20,000 nt of DNA from an uncultured virus (IMG/VR IMGVR_UViG_3300031628_000001) (lineage: Duplodnaviria > Heunggongvirae > Uroviricota > Caudoviricetes > Crassvirales), in IMG/VR virus record IMGVR_UViG_3300031628_000001, positions 52,441 through 72,440 of that record; one strand, 5' to 3'. The translations under genes and the position numbers were made by a program. How positions within the stretch are numbered: the stretch's first letter is position 1; each line of letters opens with the position of its first letter. Under the pieces are notes generated by a model that ran no database searches, had not been told where the DNA came from, and saw only the letters and a list, made by a program, of their open reading frames with translations. This document shows positions 7,901 to 15,965 of the stretch, in pieces.

Positions 7901-10900
7901 CATGCAGGTGCTGGTGGTCCAAAAGGTAAATCATAAGTAATCAACTCGCACATTTCTGAAACAGAATTATAAGTATATCCATCTGGACATGTTACTATTT
8001 GTGATGCACCGTTACATATTGTTTCATTTAGATAAAACCCTTCACATGGAACATACTCTATACAGTTGTTTGACTGATTTGCAAATGCATTAGTTACTGC
8101 AAAATCTCTTTTTGAAAAATAAACAATATCATTGTTTGTATCATATACAGTTTGACAACCAGCAGATACTACTGGATTATCAATCATCTGTGGACATGCT
8201 TCAGCATCAGGGAACGTTGCTAATAGTTGTGATGGTAAGTATTTATTAAACCACCACTTCATTCCTGTATTAGTAATATTGATTAGTGAATTACCTTCTG
8301 TTTGAAATATCTTTCCTTGTTCTTGAGATATGAAAAATAATCCCATTGGTGTATTTAACACTGCTCTTGAACTTTCAGATGATCCATATTCATGAGATAT
8401 ATCTGAGTTTACTATATCCCTCCAGTTTCTTTCAGCAAATAATCCTCCATCACCAAGAACAACTTTAGTTCCAGCATCTGTAGTTAGTTCATCATTACCT
8501 GTAAATATTTGTGGAGAAAGTTTTGGAAATAATACAATGGCACCAGTCTTGCTAATTGGTTTAATAGTATTAACTGAGTCCTTAAATTCTTTATAATTTA
8601 ATGGAAGGAAGACTCTCCAGAAATCCTTCTTAGCCTCTTTCTTAGCTTGTAATGAATACACAAGTCTTTTATTCCATGTTATATAACATTTTTCAGCTAC
8701 TGTAGGATCATATGATCTAGGCTGGATGAACCCCCATGATAATGTCCTACTATAGTTTTGTTCAATACTTAATGACTTATCATACTTATAATAATTACCC
8801 TTCTTTATTCCATCTACATGAAATAGATCTGTCAATGCAGAAAAGGTTAAACTATCATAATGTCTTTTTTCAATATCTTCCCCCCAATCTCTTTGAGCTA
8901 AATTTAATTCTGACTCAACAAAGAAATCATTAATTCCATTACAGTGAAGATACATGTATGCATCATGTATAGTAAATAATGAACCTGGATTACTATTTGT
9001 TGCATCATTAAAGCTACTAAATAAACCACCTCCACTACATGATGCTGGATCTCTATCCATGTAATAATAATCATTAGGGAAGGCACCATTAAAACCTGAA
9101 GCTATTGCAAAAGCGAAATTAACACCACCTAACTGTTTTGTTAATTCATCAAGTCTATACTTTTCAGTATTCATCCAATATGTTGGAAACGGTACATTAG
9201 GATATAATCTATAATCCCATACAAATCCATCTTTTTCATTTTCAGCTAAATAGTCCCAGAAGAATGGCATAATAGCTTTCTCTGTATATCTATTTACATA
9301 GCAGTCACCACCAAATAATGGTTTAGAATTAAATCTTATTAAGTTATTTATAATTGGGTTACCACTTGCATCTAGTAATATTTGGTCTTCAAAAAATTCA
9401 ACGCATCCTCTAATAGGTATTTGTTTTATATCTTCTAGTTGACCATATTGATTATCTATATTATACTTCATTGCACAATAATGAGCTGCAATCCCTGAGC
9501 TAGTTGCCCCTCCTGGGTTAGTCCAATCACATTGTCCTGGTGCAGTACCTATAGTATATTTAGAATTATCTCCCGTAGGTAAAGGTAAACTAGAAGTGGG
9601 TAGTCCATTTACATCTACATTACCATTAGTTTCAAGTTCAACTGCTACAGTTAAAGGTCTATTTAAATTATTAATTCTAATGCTTGGGGTGAGTTGAGAA
9701 ATAGCACCATTTAAATACCTTGATTTATTTACGGAGTGTCTAAATATTGATCCATTTGGATTTGCTGACATGTTTCTGTACCAACCATGACTATTATATT
9801 TATAAACATATTGTTTGAAGCTTGTTAAATTATAAATTAAATCAATAATTTCTTGACCACCAGTTGATACAAAATTCATAAATTCTTGTGCACCACTGAT
9901 TAAACCCATCCAAAAAGGTTTATTACTAAACTTTGTACCTTTTTGAACTATCTCTTGACCAGGTCCTATTGATCCAGCTTGACCTTGCCAGTTAGTAGCT
10001 TGTGCAGCTTGCCATGTTACAGCACCTGCTTTATTTGATGCAGCTCCACCAGTAATTCCTCCTAAACCAAGAAACAAACCATTGGCTGCAGTATCATAAG
10101 TACCTGTACCAGGTGAATTTGCTCTATTTGCTGCAGATATTTGATTAGCACTAGTCCATTGCCACCTATCATTATTAGGTGCTGATGCATTAAATGTACC
10201 TTTACCACCACCTGCTCCAGTCCAAGTTCCTGTATTATAAGATGAACCAGCCAAATTTGTCCAAGCACCACCTCCACTAAAAGTACCATTATTTCCACTA
10301 CGTTTTGTAATTTCTCCTTCTTCTCTATAACCCATATCCAGAACACGTCCTGTAGTCATCTTTTGGTCTGTAGAACCTCTCATGGCATATATAGCATATC
10401 CTACACCTATGAAGGCTGCAAGTACAGCTGTTGAGTTTCTTAATAGTTTTTCTCCTGGATGTTTTTCTGAAGGTTTAAATCTTCCTGTTTGAGTTCCTGA
10501 TATAACACCATATGACTTTAATTCATATGCATTTAAGAAAGGTCTATTAAACATTAAATCTGGAGAATGAAATGTAAATACACTATTTGAATATCTATTA
10601 TAGGGACCTGTTGGATTATCACATCCTTGAAGCCAATCTTCATAACCAAGTCCTGACCAACTATCATAACCTACACTACCTCCACCACCAGGACCTTTTA
10701 TATATGGATCAGATGTTAAATCATTATATGGATAATTAGGTATAAAGAAAGATGTAGATCCGTCACTTGCTGATGGATCAGAAGGTATATATTGTTCCAT
10801 GTTTTTAAGAATACCTTTTCCTAAAATAGACTTATGTCCTTCTCTTGATCCTACTAAAAATTCATAACCAACAATGTTAGGTATTAGATTACCTGCATTA

Positions 10901-12477
10901 TCTCTTGGCCATGGTATACCTGTAAATTCTACAGCAATATTATATATACCAGTTCCACCTGGAGTTGCTCTGTCAGTTGTACCATTATTAGCTGTGTTTT
11001 CATCAGGCATCTTATGGTGTCTAATTGGCATACCACACAGATCCCCCCACCTAACTGCATCTTGCGGATATAATTCTGTTGATTCCCAATAGCCCATTTC
11101 ACCTCTAGTCCTGAGAATTCCACCATCAGGTTGTACTGTATTTACATTTAATTGTGAAACAAATGCTGTATTATGCACCTTAAATATTTGATCAGTAGGA
11201 TCTAATGCATTAGGATCTCCAGGTATAACATCAGTTTCTAACATAGACACACCACTTCCACTATAGTATGTAGCAGCTCTTCCTGGTATGTGGTATGATG
11301 ATGAGCGTTCACCCGTATTGTATATGAATCTTATAAAGAATGCATATCTTTCGTCTCTTAGGAATGTTGGTTTATTACCTCCATTATAATAATAATCTGC
11401 TGGATATTCTACAGATGTCCAGTTACAAGCTATTCTATTTGCAAGAGGTTGATAATTAAAATCAAATTGATTTGTAGGTTGTGTTCTAACTAAATAGTCA
11501 TTGACAACAAACATACCTTTTGACTTTTCTAATGCAGGTGTTAATTTATTCATATACTCAGTAGGAACAGACTTTAATTTTTGATCAAGATAATCTAGTT
11601 TAATAGTTGTTTGTTCTGTACTATACTCACCAACTTCAGAAAATTTAAATTCTTCTTGATTATTACCTAAAATTACAAGTTTATAATTATCAAAGTTTTT
11701 ATCTAGGTGTGATAAAGTTAGTATTAAAGAGCCTGCACTATCATCATGTTCAAATAAAGACTGTTGATTTGAAATACCAATAAAGTCTCCATATACTTGT
11801 TCATTAATAGTATAAGCAATAAAAGCTTGATACATACCATTTCTTAATGAACCACCTTCTGGAGCTTTTTGAAGATCTAAACATGGTGTATCAATTAAAG
11901 GGGCTAGTCTTATTCTTTCACAATCTAGTGTAAGTGGTTGTATGTTTTCATATATAGAACAAGGAGCACCATTTAAACTTGGTCCAGATACTTCAATTCT
12001 TAAATATGGAGGATCTTCTAGTGTTAAAGTTCTAGATGGATTTACTGAATCATCCCAATATATTTGATACTTGCATTCAAAGTTTTCTTTAGCAGCTCCT
12101 ATTATTAAATGTTCCCTGTTGAAGTTTAAACATTGATCATTTATTAATCTTGTATATTCACATTTACTATCATCAAATGTACCTATCTCAGAGGAAAAGT
12201 CATCTGTAGAAAAAATAGCCCAATGATCACCATAAATATGTATTGACCCTATTATAGTATATGGAATTTCTGCACATTCAAAATTTGCTGGTTCATTTCC
12301 TATAACTCCAGTGTCACCATCAATTGAATTATTAATAACATTTATAGCATGTTCCCATACTTCTTTTCCAGATATAGAAGGGAAGGTGTCCTTTATCATT
12401 CCTTTCATAAACAGATTAGATTCTGTTGATGAAGTCTGTTGTGGTAATGATGGGTTTGGAGTTTGTTTTTTAGCCAT
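4912..12477 (-). CDS. Putative tail muzzle / tail stabilisation protein (crAss-like), 2521 aa, with two inserted vWA domains and Cys-rich repeats
   Basis: ORF track. Beta-rich N-terminus (FMKGMIKD..., IYWDDSVNPSRTL), TFLRDERYAFFIRF, and C-terminal SWTVSYDPKAKAWISFHDWHP / WKHN...NYYG segments, which I recognise as resembling crAss-like stabilisation/muzzle proteins. It follows two ring-sized genes. MIDAS motifs: DASYS (7861-7875) and DVSGS (6508-6522). Confidence 0.7.
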   Translation of the reverse strand: MAKKQTPNPSLPQQTSSTESNLFMKGMIKDTFPSISGKEVWEHAINVINNSIDGDTGVIGNEPANFECAEIPYTIIGSIHIYGDHWAIFSTDDFSSEIGTFDDSKCEYTRLINDQCLNFNREHLIIGAAKENFECKYQIYWDDSVNPSRTLTLEDPPYLRIEVSGPSLNGAPCSIYENIQPLTLDCERIRLAPLIDTPCLDLQKAPEGGSLRNGMYQAFIAYTINEQVYGDFIGISNQQSLFEHDDSAGSLILTLSHLDKNFDNYKLVILGNNQEEFKFSEVGEYSTEQTTIKLDYLDQKLKSVPTEYMNKLTPALEKSKGMFVVNDYLVRTQPTNQFDFNYQPLANRIACNWTSVEYPADYYYNGGNKPTFLRDERYAFFIRFIYNTGERSSSYHIPGRAATYYSGSGVSMLETDVIPGDPNALDPTDQIFKVHNTAFVSQLNVNTVQPDGGILRTRGEMGYWESTELYPQDAVRWGDLCGMPIRHHKMPDENTANNGTTDRATPGGTGIYNIAVEFTGIPWPRDNAGNLIPNIVGYEFLVGSREGHKSILGKGILKNMEQYIPSDPSASDGSTSFFIPNYPYNDLTSDPYIKGPGGGGSVGYDSWSGLGYEDWLQGCDNPTGPYNRYSNSVFTFHSPDLMFNRPFLNAYELKSYGVISGTQTGRFKPSEKHPGEKLLRNSTAVLAAFIGVGYAIYAMRGSTDQKMTTGRVLDMGYREEGEITKRSGNNGTFSGGGAWTNLAGSSYNTGTWTGAGGGKGTFNASAPNNDRWQWTSANQISAANRANSPGTGTYDTAANGLFLGLGGITGGAASNKAGAVTWQAAQATNWQGQAGSIGPGQEIVQKGTKFSNKPFWMGLISGAQEFMNFVSTGGQEIIDLIYNLTSFKQYVYKYNSHGWYRNMSANPNGSIFRHSVNKSRYLNGAISQLTPSIRINNLNRPLTVAVELETNGNVDVNGLPTSSLPLPTGDNSKYTIGTAPGQCDWTNPGGATSSGIAAHYCAMKYNIDNQYGQLEDIKQIPIRGCVEFFEDQILLDASGNPIINNLIRFNSKPLFGGDCYVNRYTEKAIMPFFWDYLAENEKDGFVWDYRLYPNVPFPTYWMNTEKYRLDELTKQLGGVNFAFAIASGFNGAFPNDYYYMDRDPASCSGGGLFSSFNDATNSNPGSLFTIHDAYMYLHCNGINDFFVESELNLAQRDWGEDIEKRHYDSLTFSALTDLFHVDGIKKGNYYKYDKSLSIEQNYSRTLSWGFIQPRSYDPTVAEKCYITWNKRLVYSLQAKKEAKKDFWRVFLPLNYKEFKDSVNTIKPISKTGAIVLFPKLSPQIFTGNDELTTDAGTKVVLGDGGLFAERNWRDIVNSDISHEYGSSESSRAVLNTPMGLFFISQEQGKIFQTEGNSLINITNTGMKWWFNKYLPSQLLATFPDAEACPQMIDNPVVSAGCQTVYDTNNDIVYFSKRDFAVTNAFANQSNNCIEYVPCEGFYLNETICNGASQIVTCPDGYTYNSVSEMCELITYDLPFGPPAPACKLDIVLSIDASYSVPLQSNVNSMRLIVQGILDVFDNAMSLGDTQIGIMAWGTRAYDEGSFNATAIACNGLRAPVALTFNPNLLNQTTGFMSEYTCASGTSACCPGVPCGGNDCNVTGGTGYGDAVWSGTNWLFNPTPGPGGTGARPNVPKKLIILNDGWDATSTGWGGTNPDSTGADRALTRPNYINLGQTSSFVATPTTPPMVATAPDTGVVGNISAAQPDNLVQWIQTNIHANAQYQDPTNSNFLGQLEIIPGWLKNNNTPTAAEEAYAQSIAGYDAITGDPNPYMAGDFQAANVQGIINDLVEKICPGILPNCPSGCTPVIQGGVPMCECIDEVPATYEDVLTYIPYQLENPTYFQDVSWTVSYDPKAKAWISFHDWHPELAFNSINHFMTSKTTTTEIPQCPPGYSFNSTLDECCITVAGSDPAFVEVKYIPSDTTVVDSVQTAFSVDTDIALVMDVSGSTALPGCIIPFPTNCTFGVLSAQVDFCTAFVNVMSPGMASGTNNVRIGFGVWDNANSAQVTGLTSNDSTLIDPIAGSISTYDETSASYTAGGTNYETAVLRARAMLSGSTATKKVVIIITDTQNNTCAASPPNNISADLWTWNAAGGGDVDTIAVFADTVAPANNGWWTNLNCLVQLGTAAQSIGNDAFAVDSSNYGDVAVSVMNSLISCDCPVNTVPDIPSILCSPDPGDPLPQCVSCECPAGYTQVPVNQVCNSLNPPTCKKVDCNCPPIPVLDPSLATTWFEAGTQCDDLFLVDTPGYVNPNPLICNWEYKQCVPANYTVGGMWKHNVRNDLFVNYYGEDFPWEVTLIENTGQVVNTLRSIEYQQESYVYKNFNLPRPQQLIGTDRFHDLDWNFDETIIYNSEQVSGLLTLDLTPKNNIVLLNQYPIINNPTDIQILYSKEEQKYRFNQFWDITDDRGEFTGVERPIWITTLNGYIKNLNQANLNYIKAPLQRKKFRHYYNMIVLRKNVSGDRKMLLKLNNTKMNISFR

Positions 12478-12488
12478 TTTTCAATTAG

Positions 12489-13406
12489 TTATGATCTAGG
12501 GTTTGGGGCATCACTTCTAAACATATCATAATAGTTGTGCATTTGTGCTCTTCTATTTACAGTCCATAGTTTTCTCATTTCTTCAAAGTCTGGTGTGTTA
12601 ACAAAACTCAATGCGTTATTCCTTGATGCTTTTAATTTACCCTGAATCAATCCTAATTGCTGTGCAACATTCTCTCCAGCAAATAACATATTTTCTAATA
12701 TTCTCTCTTTAAGGGCATATTCATAATACTCATTACAATAAGGATGATCAAGAACTAATAAGTCACCATCATTATTTTCTAGTGATCCTTGATAACTTAT
12801 ATATATTTTACCTGTTGTAAATGTAGTTAATAAATATCCATCTTGTATTTCAGCTACATTAGGAGATTGTGTATTTAAATTGGGACACTCACAACTTACA
12901 TTACTTGTATTTGTAATACGTAATGGAAAGAAGGATGAAAACTCTCTATATGTTTCAGGATTTAATCTCTGCAATACAACATATCCACCACCATATGTAG
13001 TACTTCCTCTACCATCATCTTTAGGACATGTTTTAATTACACATACACCTTTACAATCTGCTGGATTTTCACATTGGTTTGGTTGTCCAGGATCTGGAAC
13101 CCATTTTGGTTGTGTAGTATCAGTGTGTGTACCTGATGGTTGAGAGTTTACAACTCTATAATCACTACAAACAAATGCATAGTTAAGTGTAGTAAAATCA
13201 GAAGGAAGTTGTGCTTTATTATGTTCAGCATCAATTATAGTTTCTCTACTTTGATGTATCTTTAAACCTAGATCATAGTTAACACGTTGTGCAACTTTAA
13301 TTAATTGTTGAGGTTCTATCATTCCTTCTAATGCATATGTAGAAAAGTCTACTGATACATCTTCAAGAAGTTGATCAAATGTTCTATATTTATGTGATAA
13401 ACTCAT
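12489..13406 (-). CDS. Putative tail tubular/ring structural protein, 305 aa
   Basis: ORF track. Helical N-terminus followed by KAQLPSDF, and later GYLLTTFTTGKIYISYQG...DGDLLVLDHPYCNEYYEYALK, resembling the crAss-like tail tubular (P22 gp4-like) ring protein. Immediately upstream of the muzzle-like gene; start overlaps the previous stop (TAATG). Confidence 0.65.
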   Translation of the reverse strand: MSLSHKYRTFDQLLEDVSVDFSTYALEGMIEPQQLIKVAQRVNYDLGLKIHQSRETIIDAEHNKAQLPSDFTTLNYAFVCSDYRVVNSQPSGTHTDTTQPKWVPDPGQPNQCENPADCKGVCVIKTCPKDDGRGSTTYGGGYVVLQRLNPETYREFSSFFPLRITNTSNVSCECPNLNTQSPNVAEIQDGYLLTTFTTGKIYISYQGSLENNDGDLLVLDHPYCNEYYEYALKERILENMLFAGENVAQQLGLIQGKLKASRNNALSFVNTPDFEEMRKLWTVNRRAQMHNYYDMFRSDAPNPRS

Positions 13407-14077
13407 TATCTATGGGGGTTTTTCTTGTTATCTGAATCGTCAGCTGGAATATTTATTCTTTGTAACATAACTGTAAGAACTTGTTGTTCAATTTCTGCAT
13501 AAAGAAATTCAGGAATATTAATTTGCTGTTTATATCTTGGTAAACAATCATCACTAGTATCACATGTAAAACTAGATATATCTTTTTCAAAAACTCCTTC
13601 AAGTTTTATTGCATCCCAATACACATTAGGTAAGTATAGATAATCATTCAAGAACCAGAAATATTTTCTTTTGTTATACTTAAAGGAAGTAGTTTTACTC
13701 ATAGATGTAAAAGTACCAGGTTGTGTTGGTTGACATTCAATAGAGCCATCAATAGATGATACGGTCCTAATGAGTGGTCCCCAATATCCCTCAAAGAATG
13801 TAGGTAGTTTTTCTTTTGTTCTTTTGATTGTAATTCCACTCTGAATACCACTACACTCTGCCTCAACCTTATCAACATCTATAAGTTCAAGAAAAGGTAG
13901 AGTTTGCCAAACACTATTAAATTTCATTAGTTTATTAGCATGGTCTTGTCTTCTCATTAGAAGTTGAGCATATTTAATAACCATACTGTATATAAATCTA
14001 TCAGTCATAAAAGCATCTTGAACTTCACCTTTAATCTGATTCCTAACTCTTGATACAATATCTCCTATAGTTGTCAT
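13406..14077 (-). CDS. Putative tail ring/adaptor structural protein, 223 aa
   Basis: ORF track. MTTIGDIVSRVRNQIK helical start, RTKEKLP, YFWFLNDYLYLPN, and a helical C-terminus ending in PADDSDN. Size and position are consistent with crAss-like ring proteins. Confidence 0.6.
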   Translation of the reverse strand: MTTIGDIVSRVRNQIKGEVQDAFMTDRFIYSMVIKYAQLLMRRQDHANKLMKFNSVWQTLPFLELIDVDKVEAECSGIQSGITIKRTKEKLPTFFEGYWGPLIRTVSSIDGSIECQPTQPGTFTSMSKTTSFKYNKRKYFWFLNDYLYLPNVYWDAIKLEGVFEKDISSFTCDTSDDCLPRYKQQINIPEFLYAEIEQQVLTVMLQRINIPADDSDNKKNPHR

Positions 14078-14083
14078 TGCTTT

Positions 14084-14602
14084 TTATTTCTTTTTATATA
14101 TATCTGCTACTCTTTTTTTATTACCCATCACAATGTAATTTTTCCATTGTTTAGGGTATATTTTTGCAACAGCCCTTTTAAATTGTCTTATAGCTGTAAA
14201 CTGCCAAAGCTCTCTGTTTCTGAAACGGTATCTTGTAGAATAGTTTGTGTAGAATATCTTTGCAATGTTCCCACTGGTTTCCCAGTTTTTGTTTTGAATT
14301 ACTTTACCATACTTATTAGAAACTGAATAATCAGTATTGACACTCTTTGGAGATGGACAAGTTCCTATGAACAAGTATCCTAAACTATCTGGTAATTCTA
14401 CACCATTTCTATTATCTATTACATTCTCCCATATTTTTCCATTGAAACATTTAATTATCTTTTTAAGTTTATCATTATCTATGTCTGCATATATTGGATA
14501 TTTCTCTTTAAAATCATTTAAAGTTTTAGAGTTTAATAGCCCATGTACTTTTTCTCTATACCTGGGTTTATTTAAATCAGGTTTTTTAAAATTGTTTAAC
14601 AT
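14084..14602 (-). CDS. Basic HU/IHF-like DNA-binding protein, 172 aa
   Basis: ORF track. Lys/Arg rich; KIIKCFNGKIWENVIDNRNGVELPDSLGYLFI fits the helix then V-x-L-x-x-x-G strand pattern of HU/IHF. IHF-like genes are known within crAss-like tail modules. Confidence 0.55.
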   Translation of the reverse strand: MLNNFKKPDLNKPRYREKVHGLLNSKTLNDFKEKYPIYADIDNDKLKKIIKCFNGKIWENVIDNRNGVELPDSLGYLFIGTCPSPKSVNTDYSVSNKYGKVIQNKNWETSGNIAKIFYTNYSTRYRFRNRELWQFTAIRQFKRAVAKIYPKQWKNYIVMGNKKRVADIYKKK

Positions 14603-14658
14603 ACATATATAGTTATAATTTACAAAAAATAAGTCATTTATAAAAGTTTAATAGTAGA

Positions 14659-15840
14659 TTATTCTGGAGAATAAGTTAATTCACATATTTCACCCTTAGT
14701 AGGACTATGTAAAGATAATACACCAGATCTCCTAGAACCTATAAATTTATTATGATAATGGTAATAATCTGTCTTTGAAAGACTTGGTAATATTTTAAGC
14801 ATGAACCCTGTATTCTCATGTTCAGTTATATATTCTATTTTTTTCTTGTGATGATAATGTCCTGTATATAATGTTCTAAATAATGTCTTACCCCATTGTC
14901 TTGGATACTCCATAGAGTAAACTAGTAATGAGTTCTTAGTATTAACATCACCATGTTCAAATGCAAAGAAGTTATCTTCATAAACAAATACTTTTCTTTC
15001 TAGATAAACAGTATCCCATACTATTTCTGGATTATCAAAACACTTAGATAAAGCATGAGCTAAATGAAATGATGATAATCTATCATGATTACCTGGTATA
15101 TATATAACTTGTAATTCATCACAAAATTGTTTAATGTAGTTAATACTCCACTGAAGGGCGTCAAAAGCTTGTACATATGCCTCTGTGGCTGTCATACAGT
15201 TGTCTAGAGGCGTTCCTGCAGTAGTAGAGCCATTCCATGTATCCATGTTGATTACATCACCTCCTATCACATAATACATTTTTTCTATATGGTGTGAGCT
15301 AGAAGCTCTTTCCATTAAATCTTTAATTGTTTTTTCAAAACATTCATCTATAGTATCATTCCCTTCTTTACCAAAATGTATGTCCTGTAATGATAAAACC
15401 CCAGCTGTTTTAATTTTACCTGGAGTTTTAATTCTTTTAACTTCTTTATATGTTTTAGGTTTAAACCCTTTTAATAATTCAGCAACATTATCTACATCAT
15501 TATCTTTAAGTCTTGTAACCATTGCAGAAACTCTCCAGTGATCACCCATTTGTTTATTCCAATAACTTGATAACTTCCACTGAGTTATATCAATATTTAA
15601 TATATCAATTATTTCTTCAGGAGATTTTGGTTCAGTAGAACTTACTGTCTCCATTTTTGCTTGACCTTTTTCTAAGTCATACTCATATGATGATGCACCA
15701 TCATCTAGTAGTTCTTTAGATTTTACATATTCTTTTAATGTATCATAGTCATCTATTGTGATGCTTAACTTTTCTGCACAATACTCAGAGTTCTTCTTCC
15801 ATTTAAGAGAAGATTTGATTTTTTCAAGGATAGAATCCAT
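14659..15840 (-). CDS. Calcineurin-like metallophosphoesterase (Mre11/DNA pol II small subunit-like fold), 393 aa, with N-terminal extension
   Basis: All five motifs are in order: LQDIHFG (DxH), GGDVINMD (GD), PGNHD (GNHD), FEHGD (H), TGHYHH (GHxH). Confidence 0.88.
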   Translation of the reverse strand: MDSILEKIKSSLKWKKNSEYCAEKLSITIDDYDTLKEYVKSKELLDDGASSYEYDLEKGQAKMETVSSTEPKSPEEIIDILNIDITQWKLSSYWNKQMGDHWRVSAMVTRLKDNDVDNVAELLKGFKPKTYKEVKRIKTPGKIKTAGVLSLQDIHFGKEGNDTIDECFEKTIKDLMERASSSHHIEKMYYVIGGDVINMDTWNGSTTAGTPLDNCMTATEAYVQAFDALQWSINYIKQFCDELQVIYIPGNHDRLSSFHLAHALSKCFDNPEIVWDTVYLERKVFVYEDNFFAFEHGDVNTKNSLLVYSMEYPRQWGKTLFRTLYTGHYHHKKKIEYITEHENTGFMLKILPSLSKTDYYHYHNKFIGSRRSGVLSLHSPTKGEICELTYSPE

Positions 15841-15865
15841 ATATAAATTATTTTGATTAGTGCTA

Positions 15866-15873
15866 CAAAGATA
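15866..15873 (-). promoter_or_regulatory. Bacteroidota-type -7 promoter element (TATCTTTG)
   Basis: Minus strand reads TATCTTTG, matching the TAnnTTTG consensus. It ends 25 nt upstream of the phosphoesterase ATG and lies just downstream of the terminator. No clear -33 TTTG seen. Confidence 0.5.
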
Positions 15874-15875
15874 TA

Positions 15876-15924
15876 AAAAAAAACATATAAAATAGAAAAG
15901 GCCCCATTTTCATAGGACCTTCTC
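15876..15924 (-). terminator. Rho-independent terminator
   Basis: Minus strand GAGAAGGUCCUAU-GAAA-AUGGGGCCUUUUC (13-bp stem with 3 G.U pairs, GNRA loop, 15924-15895) followed by a U-rich tract, downstream of the 184-aa gene. The G.U pairs only form on the minus strand. Confidence 0.75.
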
Positions 15925-15965
15925 AGCAAGCGTGCAATGAAACCAACAAAACACTACTCCTCTCG

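Noticed and set aside
5560..7990. Insertions in the muzzle-like protein as inteins, or as evidence of eukaryotic DNA
   Set aside because: No intein splice-junction or LAGLIDADG motifs were seen. The intronless, overlapping, operon-like genes are phage-like.
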